From Nemertoderma westbladi (lineage: Eukaryota; Animalia; Xenacoelomorpha): 64,000 bases of DNA. Position 1 is the stretch's first letter; every line of letters begins with the position of its first letter. A program made the translations under genes and the position numbers. The stretch lies in the NCBI GenBank assembly GCA_032718475.1, contig JAUCBJ010008230.1:62001-126000 (forward strand). The letters are read 5' to 3'. This document shows positions 36,370 to 47,743 of this stretch, one piece after another. The notes beneath the pieces were generated by a model. That model was not told where the DNA came from. It did not search any database and saw nothing but the letters and a program-made list of their open reading frames with translations.

Positions 36370-38747
36370 TCACTTCACGGGTGGCCCCTCCGAGTGGCCC
36401 TGTTGTCTCCCCCTGGTGGCGTCCCATAAGATCATCTTCATTGCCCGCGGCACGTGCTCTGCCAAGAAATCCCTAAACTCCCCTCGGTTCTGTGGCGTCC
36501 ACCTGTCCAAATACCTTTGTGTATTTATTACCCCGGCATACGACGCCGCCGTTGCTACCTCTTGATAGGTAAACGGTAACCTCCTCTTTATGATCTCCAA
36601 GTGAGCCTCCTGATTGATTAGGAAGAAACCCCACTTAAACTCCTGGGCCTTCATGCGTTGCCGCGTCATGGCCCCGACGTCGGCCCATTCTTCGAAGATC
36701 CTGAACTTCTCCTCATCGTCCATCCAGTCGCACTGGCGTCCGTAGTGTCCCCGAAAGTTACACTTTGGACATCGGTTAGGCAACCGCGGACACGCCCCCA
36801 TCCTGTGGCTCGACTCGCGGCAGTAGAGACAACTAGTCCCTTTCTGGAACCGGTACAAGCAGCTCCTTTCCTGGTGGGTCTGTCTCCCACAGTAGTCACA
36901 GCCAAGCACCAATGTCTCCCGCCCCACGTTGTCTTTCGTCCCAAGCGATCTCCGCGGTCTGTGGAGTCGCTGATAGGCGAACTTCTGGACGTTAGTGTCC
37001 CTGTCTACGTCGATCTCCTCACCCCTCCCGGGCATCGTCTCCCCGAATACTACCCGTGGCGCCGTCCCCGGTTGCTCGCCCAGCCTAATAGCGCTCCCCG
37101 CAAAATCCATCGCCGGCTCCTCGTGCACCCAGGCCCGCTTGCCGGGTTTGTCCCGAAGGCTCTCGCCCCACTGGCCGTCACCACCCTCCTGCCAACCCAG
37201 TCCGTGCCCGAGTAGCCTATCCTCCCGATGGGCGGCATCTCTCCGAACTCGTCGTTGTCTTCGTCCTCCTCTCGCAGTGGTTCCAACCCCGGTATCCTGG
37301 TGGACCCACTATGTCCCTTCCCGCCTTGGTTCATGCCCGTAGCTCTCCATTCCTCTAGCTCCCCTAGCTTCCTTTGCGGTTGATCGCCCTCGGCGCCCGC
37401 TGGTATTGGCATCGCTTGCAATCCCGACGTCGACTGTTTCGGTGATCCCACCGTCCACCCCAGTTCTTTCTCTAGAGACTCCCCCAAACTCCCTGACGAA
37501 GTCCAACGAAGTTTGTCTAAGGCCGTTTGTTCCTCAAAGCCGTAGCTCTGCGCCCTAGCTTCCTCCTCCCTCTCTTCTGCTTCTCTCCTCTCCCATCTAG
37601 CGATTTCTTCCAATCGCTTTGCTTCTCATCTGTCCGCTTCTAGCTGCTTCCACCTCTGATATGGCGTATCTACCTCCCTGTCTACCAGATGTCGGTGGTT
37701 GTAGTACACTGACTCGCCCTTCAGCCCCGGGTGGTCTACCAGACCCTCAAAAGCCGTTTTAAAGGCTCTTCTGTAGCTCAGGGTTGATCCCGATAGCAGG
37801 AATGCCGTTGGTTCCTTCCCAATGACGATAGTCATGAATAGGTTTAGTAAACCTATCATTATCCAGTCCTCCTGCAGGATATATTGCTTCTGATATACCT
37901 TTATCGCTCCTCTCCGGAATTGATACACCTCTTGTTTCCCTGGCCTTGCTCCCCACTTCAGCGAGTTTGCTAACTCTGCTCCGTACTCTTCTCTGAACTT
38001 ACCCCAGTCCATCGGTTTGTGACACACGAGCCCCAATAGCTGGCCCATCGCCACCGCTCCGCACTGGCCTGTGCTCTCCACTGCTCCCAACCTGTCCGGC
38101 GCTGTCATAGCCATGAAGACCGTCTGCATGTCCAGAAGGTTGGGGGTGTCCGGACCGATGATTCTCTCCGCGTCATCGCGAATCGCCGATCCCACCTTGT
38201 TCGTCGAGTTCTCTCTTACCAGGACTTGCACCGCTTTTGGCAACCGGTTTAATTTCGGCCCGTCCTTGTTCCCATACGTTCCTAGGTCGAATAGGAAAAT
38301 GTCCCCATTTGGCGCGGCCAAATGTAGGAGTATGGTCCTGGCCGACCCCGCTGATCCTCGTCTCGAACACTCCTCGTCTTCCACGGTTCCCTCGTCGTCT
38401 AGGATCATATATCCTCCCCTGCTGACGGACTCTACGAACCTCTTCCAATCTTTCTTCGGCAATTCCCTCGCGTACTTCGGAATCCCAAACTTCGCCTCGT
38501 CTCCCTTTACCACATAGTGGAAATGCTGGAAGATCGCGTTGTCCAGCGACGGCATCCCGTAGGTGCTGACCAGCCGCTGTTCGTGCACTTTCCTGAAATG
38601 TTCTTGTAGCGCTCGTGCTGCGTAACCCCTCTCCAGCCGTTAGTAGTATCCTCTCGTCTTCTCTTCCGGATGCCTCTTGGTGAAGTCCACCAGTATCTCC
38701 TTTCCTCCTTGCTCCGCCTTTCTCTTTCTGATCAGTTTTCCCGCCAT
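36370..38747 (-). pseudogene. Accessory ORF of element C: DEDDy-like 3'-5' exonuclease, acidic/coiled linker, three CCHC knuckles, C-terminal domain
   Basis: ATG at 38747 is in frame with 38588..37626 and 37613..37050 (stops at ~38641 and ~37627); one frameshift leads into 37128..36370. Motifs: ILDDEG, LLHLAAPNGDIFLFDL, LPKAVQVLV..NKVGSAIRDD, LLDMQ, QKQYILQED; CDYCGRQTHQERSC, CLYCRESSHRMGAC, CPKCNFRGHYGRQC. Confidence 0.75.
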
Positions 38748-39239
38748 TCCGAACACTCTCACTTGCTCACCTGTAAGGTGGTGCCTTACCAAGGCGCAAT
38801 ACAGATGAGTGATGTAGCTAAGATGGTCTGTACGGTCCGATAATGGCCTACTCCTTATCTAACTACGCCTTATAGCCTAAATTCCTACTATTTAATTTTA
38901 AAGCTATTAAATTTACCCTGATTTGCAGTTTCTGTCAGTTACTTTAATTATGTTCCAGAATAATTTCCCTACTGTTACCATAATTTGTAACTTTTAGCCC
39001 TATTCTTATTCTATTCTATTTTTTAATTTAATTTAATCCTACTACTTACTGTTGCCTATGGATTATTCTACTTTCTAATCCACATTCTGGCCTACTCTGT
39101 GGGCCTGTGCAGTACAACAGTATGCGTCGCGTGGCCACACAACTTATCCAGCTGTACTCATATGCCCCCTCTCGCTACTAATTACTGACTGATATCTATA
39201 CTATATATACCCTTCTACCTCTATCTCTTACTAACTAGT

Positions 39240-40065
39240 ACTACGTACTTTCTTACTAACTTCTAACTCTCTCTAACTAACGGTACTATGTACCCTCTAA
39301 CTCTTACTCTCTCACTCTCTAACTAGCGGTACTACGTACCCTCTAACTCTTACTCTCTCTCTCTCTAACTAACTAGCGGTACTATGTACCCTCTAACTCT
39401 TACTCTCTACTCTCTCTCTCTCTAACTAACTAACGGTACTACGTACCCTCTAACTCTTCACTAACTAACGGTACTACGTACCCTCTTACTACTCCACTAA
39501 CTAACGGTACTACGTACCCTCTTACTACTCCACTAACTAATGGTACTATGTACCCTCTTACTACTCCACTAACTAATGGTACTACGTACCCTCTTACTAC
39601 TCTGACTCTACTAACGGTACTACGTACCCTCTTACTACTCCACTAACTAACGGTACTACGTACCCTCTTACTACTCTAACTCTACTAACCACCGGTACTA
39701 CGTACCCTCTTACTACTCTGACTCTACTAACCACCGGTACTACGTACCCTCTTAACTAACTAACTAACTAACTAACTAACTCTCTCTCTTGGTACTACGT
39801 GCCTCCTAACTAACTAACTAACTAACTAACTCTCGCTCTCGGTACAACGTACCTCCTAACTAACTAACTAACTAACTAACTAACTCTCTCTCTTGGTACT
39901 ACGTACCTCCTAACTAACTAACTAACTAACTCTTGCTCTCGGTACTACGTAACTCCTAACTAACTAACTAACTAACTCTCTCTCTTGGTACTACGTACCT
40001 CCTAACTAACTAACTAACTAACTCTCTCTCTCGGTACTACATACCTCCTAACTAACAAACTAACT
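39240..40065. repeat. Minisatellite of ~18 GGTACTACGTACC hairpin units with (ACTA)n/CT-rich spacers
   Basis: The unit recurs every ~34-57 bp from 39282 to 40045. Confidence 0.9.
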
Positions 40066-40284
40066 CTTTTTATTTATTTTTATTTTTATGTGTGGGAAGG
40101 GCGTCTCGCCCTCAATCCCACCCCCCTCAGTCCAAAACTTGGACGACTAAACTTCTCTCCATCTCCAACCAAAGGTGCCCCTTCTAATAGACAGCATTTC
40201 CCTACAGTTCTCCTGTAGGTTTTTCTGTCCTTTGCACCTATCTTGCCACCTATCCGCACTTCTACCGATCGGACTCTTCCGTCC

Positions 40285-43182
40285 TCAAGAGTTCATTACT
40301 AGAATCCCGTCATCATTAAGTTGTGGTGACAGCGTGATCAGCTCGCTGTCCCGTCGAAGATGCTGTTGTTTACTGACGTGTTCCACCTCGTCGCCATAGT
40401 TCTTCCGGTGTTCATAGCGGATGACTGCTTTGCCCACTCCTTCAAGATCTGTGGTTGTCCTGATCTTCCTGCCTTTGCCAACTCCCGCGAGGAAATTCCC
40501 GAAGGCTCTCCAGTACGCCACTAATTTCTTGGTCTTATACCAACTAGAGCTGTAGCTGAGGAGTTTATCCGTCGGGTTATCGCACAGTTCTTCTGGTATT
40601 GGTTGCACGTCCCTTATCTCCCTCACCATCTGGGAGTATATCTCTTCTCCCTCTGAATCTCCTTCTTCTCCCTCTGATACTGCCTCTCCTGAGCCCGGGT
40701 CTACCTTTCTCATCGGCGGCCAGGCCTCCTTGTCGCTCAGAAATTGCGGCCCGTGTTGCCACAATTCTTCCTTCTTTAAGAAAGTGTGGCGTGCCACGCC
40801 CCTCGATAACAAGTCCGCAGGGTTCTCGTCCGTAGGGCAGTAGTGCCACCTTTCTAGATCTGTCGTCGCCCTTATTTCGTCCACTCTATTTGCGACGAAT
40901 ATAGGGTAGCGCGTTTTCTCGTTATGTAGCCAGCCAAGCACTACCATGGAATCCGTCCAGTAGTGTGTCTCCACTATGTTGGGAATAGCGTCCATTATGT
41001 AGGCTGTGGCCCTAACTCCTAGCCTTGCCGCTGTCAACTCTAGTTTGGGAACCGATGCCGAATCTGGTGGCGTTGACTTTGCCTTGCTGAAGGCAAGTCT
41101 GGGCTTATGAGGCCCCTCTCGTTGTACTAAATAGAGTGCGGCTCCGTATGCCTCTAGTGACGCATCGGAGAACATGTGCAGATCCAGGTTCGTCATGTCC
41201 CCATCCGGGAAATACACTCGCGGCATGCTGTATGTTCCCATCTTCTCCAAACCTTCTGTCCACTTACACCACTGTTTCCTGATCTCGTCTGGTACCTCTA
41301 TATCCCACTCATCCTTCAGTTTGTATACTCTCTTGAGTATCTGTTTCCCCGTGACTAGTAGTGGGGATGCTAGGCCTAGGGGATCGTATATTCTTGCTAT
41401 GTATGATACATAGCCTCTCTTTGTGTGGATGTCTGCGCCCTCCTGGCTCAGCTGGTACTTCAGTTCATCTGTCTCTCTGTTCCACACGATTCCCAGTGCC
41501 TTCTGTTGAGACTCTGTCCTCTTGTTCACCATGTCCTGCCCTTTGGCTGTTGTGGGATTATCCATGGTGGATTCTGGTCTCTCGTCCTCTATCGCCCTGA
41601 TAAATTCCTCCGAACTGGATTGGAATTTGGTTAGGTTAAAGCCGGATCCCTTAAGGATGTCGCGAACCTCGTGCCCTGTGTCCAGTATCTCCTTAACCGT
41701 ATTTCCAGACTCCATTCCGTCGTCTATGTAGAAGCCACGTCGAATCATATCGACGGCCCTAGTGCTGTATCTATCCTCCTTTCCCTTTACTGTGTCTCTT
41801 ACTGCCATAGTCGTCGTAAATGAAGACGACTTGGCTCCCATGTTCTGTACTATCATCTTGTATGTCGGTATAATCGACGGTTCTTCATCGCCGTTGTACC
41901 ATAAGAAGCGTTGGCTATCGCTATCTTCTTCCGTTACACGGACTTGGTTGAACATGCCTTCTATATCACAGGTGAAGGCGTGTTTCCCATTCCTGAATCT
42001 AAGTAGGACCTCGATCCCCGAGTTGTATATGTTGGGACCCTCTAGCAGATAGTCGTTTAGGCATTTTCCATTGGTCTTTGCCGACGCATCCACTACCATC
42101 CGCAGTTTACCTTTCTTTGGATCTAAAGCCACGTGGAGTGGCAGGTAATATGTCCTGTCCGTGTTTGGTTTGTCGACCGGTAGCTCCACGGCCCATCCTT
42201 TCTCGATGTACTTCCTAATCGTTCTGTGGATGTACTCATTCTTCTCGGGGCTCCGTTTTAGTGTCTGCTTCAACTTACGAAGCCTCGTGAGTACCATCCC
42301 TCTATTATCGGGTAGCGGTAGCTTCGGTAGCTTCCATACCATCCCTATGGTATACCGCCCCTCATCACACCTCATAGACTCCTCTACGCTCTGCAGAGCC
42401 TGCTTGTCTTCTACCGAGGTTCTGATCCCAGTCTCCTTTAATCCTTCAAAATCCTGTCTGAGCAGTCTCTTAAGCTGCTCCTCCGCTCTCTCATCACCCA
42501 TTTCCTGCATAGTTCCCGCGAACATGCATCCTGATGTCTCCGACATCCTAAATGGTATCTTACTCTTGATTGGGCCGCTCAGTGTCCACCCGAATGGTGT
42601 TAAAATCGCCACCGGGTCACACTGCCTGTCTTCGCCGAAGACCGTTTGCATTCTCTCGTGGGCCGTCGGGCAGTCCATTCCTACTATGATGGATACTTTC
42701 CTGACGTCCACCTCTGGGATTGAGAAGTCGATATCATCCAGGAATCTATACTGTTTGACCTCGATGTTGGTTGGCTGCCTGGCATTGATATTTATTGATT
42801 CAATCACTTGGATGGGGTCGATGGTCGCGCCGTAGTCGCATCCCGGTGCCACCGCTGCAATTGCGCACCGTCCGGTTCTCATCTCCAGGATCTCATCTTT
42901 GCTAGAGATGGTTGTTACCGCCATTCTACTTGGCCTCGTTCTCAATCCTATTTCTTTGGCCACCCAATCCTCGATTAATGTGAAGGCAGCTCCACTATCA
43001 ACCAGCATCAGTGGGGTTACTGATCGATTGCCTTCTCCAATCACTCGCACTGGCACTACCCCAAGTAGCACCGTCCCTCTCTTTTTCGCCCCTACTGTGC
43101 TCGTTGCCATCGTTTGGCCTTTACTTTGACCAAACTTAATCGGCGTTTCCTCGCATTGCCTAGCTCTATGTCCACTCATCAC
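40285..43182 (-). pseudogene. pol: Element C pol: protease, RT, RNase H; ends at the integrase deletion
   Basis: LVDSGA, YYLPLH, LLEGPN, DIEGMFNQV, RFLW, FYIDD (41719-41730), YDPLG, LHMFSDAS, PKLEL, YWTDS, NPADLLSRG. Confidence 0.95.
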
Positions 43183-44045
43183 ACATCGCGAGCAGATCTC
43201 ATTTCTTGCCGCGTATATCTTCCCTGGGTAATGCTTGCCAGTACCTGCAGTTCATGGTCTGATGGAGCGCATTTGTATGTAGCTGGCATTTGCTCTTTGG
43301 GTCGTAGCCTATCGTATGCATTGCGTATCGTGGTTGCATTTGTACCAAAGTCCCTACTATTCTTATTGTTTGGGTTCGGCCTACTGGCAGTCCCCTGCGT
43401 CGCTGCGTATGGCAGTGATTGCCTGAGCTTTGGCAATGCGTCTGATGTGTTGTGTTCTGGTTTCGGTTTATGGTTATCTATTCTTGGTCCCTTTCCCAGG
43501 CTATCCTCGCTATAGACTGGGTCGGTTATTAATTCAGCTTCGTAATTTAAGAAGCTCGACATTTCTTCTAGACCCGGTTCCGCGCCCTTCCTATCTCGAG
43601 TGGAGAAAGCGACTTTCCTCCACTTGTTGCGCAGCCATATCGGTAGTGCCTGCGCTATCGTGGTTATGTTGTTGGACGCGTTGAGCTCGTATGGCGCGTC
43701 TAGCGTTTTCAGTACGATTAGCGCCTTTTCGACCTTGTTCGCGAATGTCTTAATGCTAACGGGATTGTCCTGTAGGCCACCTGATGTTATGCCTCTCAGG
43801 GTTTGCTGGATGATCTTGGCTGGGTGCCCGTATTCCCTGTCCAGTGCCCGCCATGCCATCGTCAAGCCGCCCTCTATGCCCTGGTATTGCCTCACGATGT
43901 CGTATGCTGGACCTCCTGTGTATACTTGCAGATACTTTAGGCACTCCGCCTGCGTCAAGTTCTTTGTTAGTATTTCGTTGCTATACATGCGCCGAAACTG
44001 TAGGTATTCTTCCGGCCTGCTCCCATCGAATTTGAATGGTTCCAC
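43179..44045 (-). pseudogene. gag: Element C Gag core (DUF1759-like); knuckle region frameshifted
   Basis: FDGSRPEEYLQF, LKYLQVYTGGPA, LDREYG, LPIWLRNKW; CSRCVMSGHRARQC appears in the pol frame. Confidence 0.88.
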
Positions 44046-47000
44046 GGGTGGTAGTCTATTAACGTGGCCATTCCCATCGCCTGCGCTTCCAATGGGTTTG
44101 ATGGATGTTGTATAGTTTCCCCTGTTAGGTGCGGTCCGTCCGTCCTATTTCCTGCCTTCCTCTGGCTTGGGTATATCATTGGGGGTAGCGGCCCCCTCCA
44201 TATTTCTGTGTCGCATGACCTATTTCCATCCAAGGGTCTCATTGTTCTTGCTCATATCGAGGTATATTTTTGATATTGTGATGGGGGAATGTCACCCTGT
44301 CCCCCCCCCCCCACCGGTATGTTTGGTACTGGGGTTGATGTTAATATATTGGGGCCCATGCACCTATCCGCAATAATTCCCCCCTCCCCTGGGTATATGT
44401 TATGTCCCTGCATGCTGTAGTCATACTGCTGTACTGGTACCGGTATAGGCCTATCAGCTTCTGGCCTACCTGCCGGTATATACTCCGCGAGTTCCAGGTT
44501 TAATCCCGTCGACCGCGCTATCCTATCGCCAACATTATTCCTGTCAGCATGGCCTATGGTATGTGCAGTAAGGCCTACAGTATGTCCTACAGTCTGCATG
44601 TGTCGCTCGGGATCTAAGTTTATTCTTCTTGAATAATCCTCCTCGCGGCTACCATATTCCAGATCGGCAGGTATATCCCGCCGGAGAGCCTCTCTTTGAC
44701 CCCCTCTACTGCTCTCGTCTTTGTACCGGTACATCGTGTACCCCTCTCTCGACGCGTAATGCGCCCCCTCAGGTCGCGTTCCTCCAGGGCGACGGCAATC
44801 TCCCGAAGTTCGACCCTGCTGACTCTCCATCTCCATCTCTACTACCGATGGCACGCTATCCGTTCTCGCTCTCCTGTCGTTCGCGGCGACACTTCTTCTA
44901 TTCTCTTCCCTTCTTTTCTTCGTAGTGCAGTATTCCCGCTCGTGAGATCTCTCGTCGACCTCCCGGTTAAACTCCACTGTTCTTCTTCCCTCTTCTGATC
45001 GGGCTCGACGCTTCGTCCGCCCTCTCGCGACGTCAACCTGCTTCTCTCTGCTCGATCGCACGCCGCTGGGGATACTCGCAATCCCCCTATTACTCTCCGT
45101 CGCCGGGTGTTGCGGTTTACCTATCTCGGCCCGCGCATTATCCGTTGACGCCTGTGGGGCACTCTCTGCCCCCCCCCCCCCCCCTTTTCGCCGCTAACTC
45201 GCTGTTGTGGGGCTCCTGTAGCCCCCCCCCCCCCCCCCACTTGCCACATCTAACTTTGCTATCTCTCACCTCACTGCTATATCCTTCTCTAGTCGACACA
45301 GCAACCCTACTGCGGCTGGGTCTATTCACCCCCGCCTCTCCTTCTACTACTGTGTGGCCTACCAGGCCCTCTACTTCCTGCCTACTAACTACGTGGCCTA
45401 CCAGGCCCCCGCTGGGTTTACCCAACCCAGCCACTCCCTGCCTACTAACTACGTGGCCTGCCAGGCCCTCTCCGGGTTGGCTCAACCCCGCCACTTCCGG
45501 CCTACTAACTGTACGGCCTACCAGGCACTTATCTGCCGGGTTTTACACGCCCGACGTGTTCACGTTAATAGCACCCATATTAGAAACGGAATTATTTTGT
45601 TTGTTCGAAATAAAATAATTTGAATTATTTTGCGCGACTACACCATTTGAATTATTTTGTAAATTCGGGTTTGGATCATTATTTAAATTATTTGGATTAT
45701 TTTGCGTAACTACGTTATTTGAATTATTTCCTACATTAATATTATAATCGTTCGGATTTAAATTTAAATTATTACCACTAGGCAAAATATTTCCTGCAAT
45801 AAAGGTTTGGTTAGTATTATCCAATACGGTACTATTAATATTAACGACGTCTACTGTACCATTATTATTACCCCCACCGCCCGTACGGTCACACCAGTTT
45901 CGGGTCTGTCGTGCGGTCCCTGTAAGTGGGGTATTAATAAATGTATCCACTTGGCTCCCCGAAAACACTAGAGCCAGTCCCGCTCTCAGACGCCCCTATC
46001 CGCGCCAGTTGCAGTTCGTGCGTGCGTCTAATATTGTACTCCATAAGCTCACTTTGGCGTTTTACCAATTCTTTTTGCTCACGCTCCTCTCTTGCCATTC
46101 TCTCCCGAACCTCTCGCGCATTCTGGTCGGCCAATTCCGGCTCTCTCCTAGCTCCCTCCCTTCGCCTCGCCTCACGCTCTTCTTGTTCCTTCCTCCCTAT
46201 TTCATCACACTCCCTAAGGCTTTTCGCGGCCCTTTCGGCCCTCTCTCCAGTTTCTCTAATCATTCTCATTTCCTTCTCTAATAGCATTCTCCCATCCTCT
46301 AACCGTCTCTCTACTTCTCACTGACTTTGCGCTATCAGATCGAGATGGTACGTGGCATTTATCTCTCTCACCCGTCTTCCTTTTACAGAGGATGTAGCAG
46401 ACTTATCGGTTGTGACGGATTCCCTCCGCCTTCCCGATCTACTAACTTTCCCTCTCTTCCCAGAACTTCCTCCGACCGACGAGATCGAATAATCGGGGTT
46501 AACCTCGGATTCGCCCTCCTGCGGCCTTCTCCAACCCACTAATTTTATACCCCGGGCATCGACTAAGTATGGCCCTACGTACACTACGCTAGGTTGCATA
46601 CCCCTACACCGCCATAATTCACACAGTTCCTCGGCAACCCCTCTCGCTCTCGCCTTGGCCAGTTCTCTCTGCCCAAAGCGCATTAAATAACTAAAATGTC
46701 TATCCGACTCACCTAGTCCTGTTGTCAACTTTACCTCATCTATCTTCGCCCCCTGCTTGGCCTCCTTAAGTAGCTTCCGGGTCGCGTTGTAGGCCCGTCG
46801 AAGTCGATCGGAAACCCCGAAGTCCTCGTCGCCGACCTCTCCTCCGTCTCTCCGGGTCCGACGTCGTACCGGCGGCCCCACCGTCGCCGTTTCGGTGGGC
46901 CATCTGTCGCCCTCGGCCTGTGGCTGGCCGGCGACATCGGTACGTTGACCAACGTGTGTCGACTCGTCTCTTTCTCCTTCCGTCTCGCTCTCTCCTTCTC

Positions 47001-47166
47001 TCAACTCGGCTTCCGGCTCCAGACAGCCCCCCTCATCTTGAACTGCCGGATGACCCGTTACCGATGGGTCCGGCGTTGTGGGCCTATACCGTCTGGTCAC
47101 AGCCTCGCGAATCGTTAGGTCTTCGTCTGGGGTCTGTGGTGGCGTCGTCTCACCCAACCAACTCAT
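44046..47166 (-). pseudogene. Fragmented N-terminal Gag region of element C (coiled-coil, Asn-rich and Gly/Arg-rich segments)
   Basis: Chain of same-strand ORFs starting 47166, 46287, 45968, 45494, 45061 and 44242, broken by stops and by frameshifts, some near poly-C runs. First ATG is 70 nt from the 5' LTR. Confidence 0.7.
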
Positions 47167-47236
47167 CTTGTACTTTAGATTGGTGGCTGGTAGTCACTGT
47201 TTAGCTAACTAGGGGCGGCAGCTTGGGTTTAATCAC

Positions 47237-47743
47237 TGTGATGGGATCCACAAAGGATCCCGATTTATCCGTTTGTCAATCTACGCGTCCCCGCCGTGTG
47301 TGAAAGGTAAAAGAGTTTGCGTTGTTCGTCGTATATAATCTCCGGGTATAATAGTATAAATAGAGTGATCGTATAATGAATAAGTGAGTAACAATAGTAT
47401 ATTGAAGGCGGAAAACGGTGATTAAGTCCCGGTACTTCCCTAGCTAACCTAACTGACACTAAATGGATTGGTAACTGCTATTATATTGCACTGGTTGGCC
47501 TTGTTACAGTACCTAGTCGATGCTTCCCCCTGATTGGCTAATATCCCTGTTGGCGCCCTTTGGAGTGTTTCCCTTTACTCCTGCTATTCTCTCTAGGTCA
47601 GGGGTATGGCCCCTGACCCTTATTGTGTGTTTCTCCTTCCCACTTTGTTGGGGTGGCACGAGATTGGGTAACCAACCTCGTGGCCCCCAATATTGCTTAA
47701 CGGTTTACTTTGTGGGCTGTTAGCGGAATTGAATACGCTAACA
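47237..47743 (-). repeat. 5' LTR of element C (507 bp)
   Basis: TGTGAT...TAACA on +; homologous to 35032-35501 with two indels; CCAAT and TATAA on the minus strand. Confidence 0.93.

Larger units (their letters stand above)
35032..47743 (-). mobile_element. BEL/Pao LTR retrotransposon C, both LTRs present, integrase core deleted, extra 3' ORF
   Basis: TG...CA ends; GGAGT duplicated at 35027-35031 and 47744-47748; homologous LTRs; purine tract next to the 3' LTR; minus-strand gag-PR-RT-RH. Confidence 0.95.

Noticed and set aside
38765-38780. Splice acceptor CCTTACAG upstream of the exonuclease ATG
   Set aside because: Weak pyrimidine tract, and the same bases read equally well as a donor (CAG/GTGAG); unresolved without RNA data.
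39282-40045. CRISPR array
   Set aside because: The repeat is only 13 bp, spacers are low-complexity and related to each other, there are no cas genes, and the context is a eukaryotic retroelement.
45169-45238. Poly-C/poly-G runs as programmed frameshift sites
   Set aside because: Homopolymer lengths are unreliable, and slippage or sequencing error explains the breaks equally well.
40175-47204. Many plus-strand ORFs over element C, and minus-strand ORFs over B1
   Set aside because: Antisense shadows of gag-pol with no motifs.
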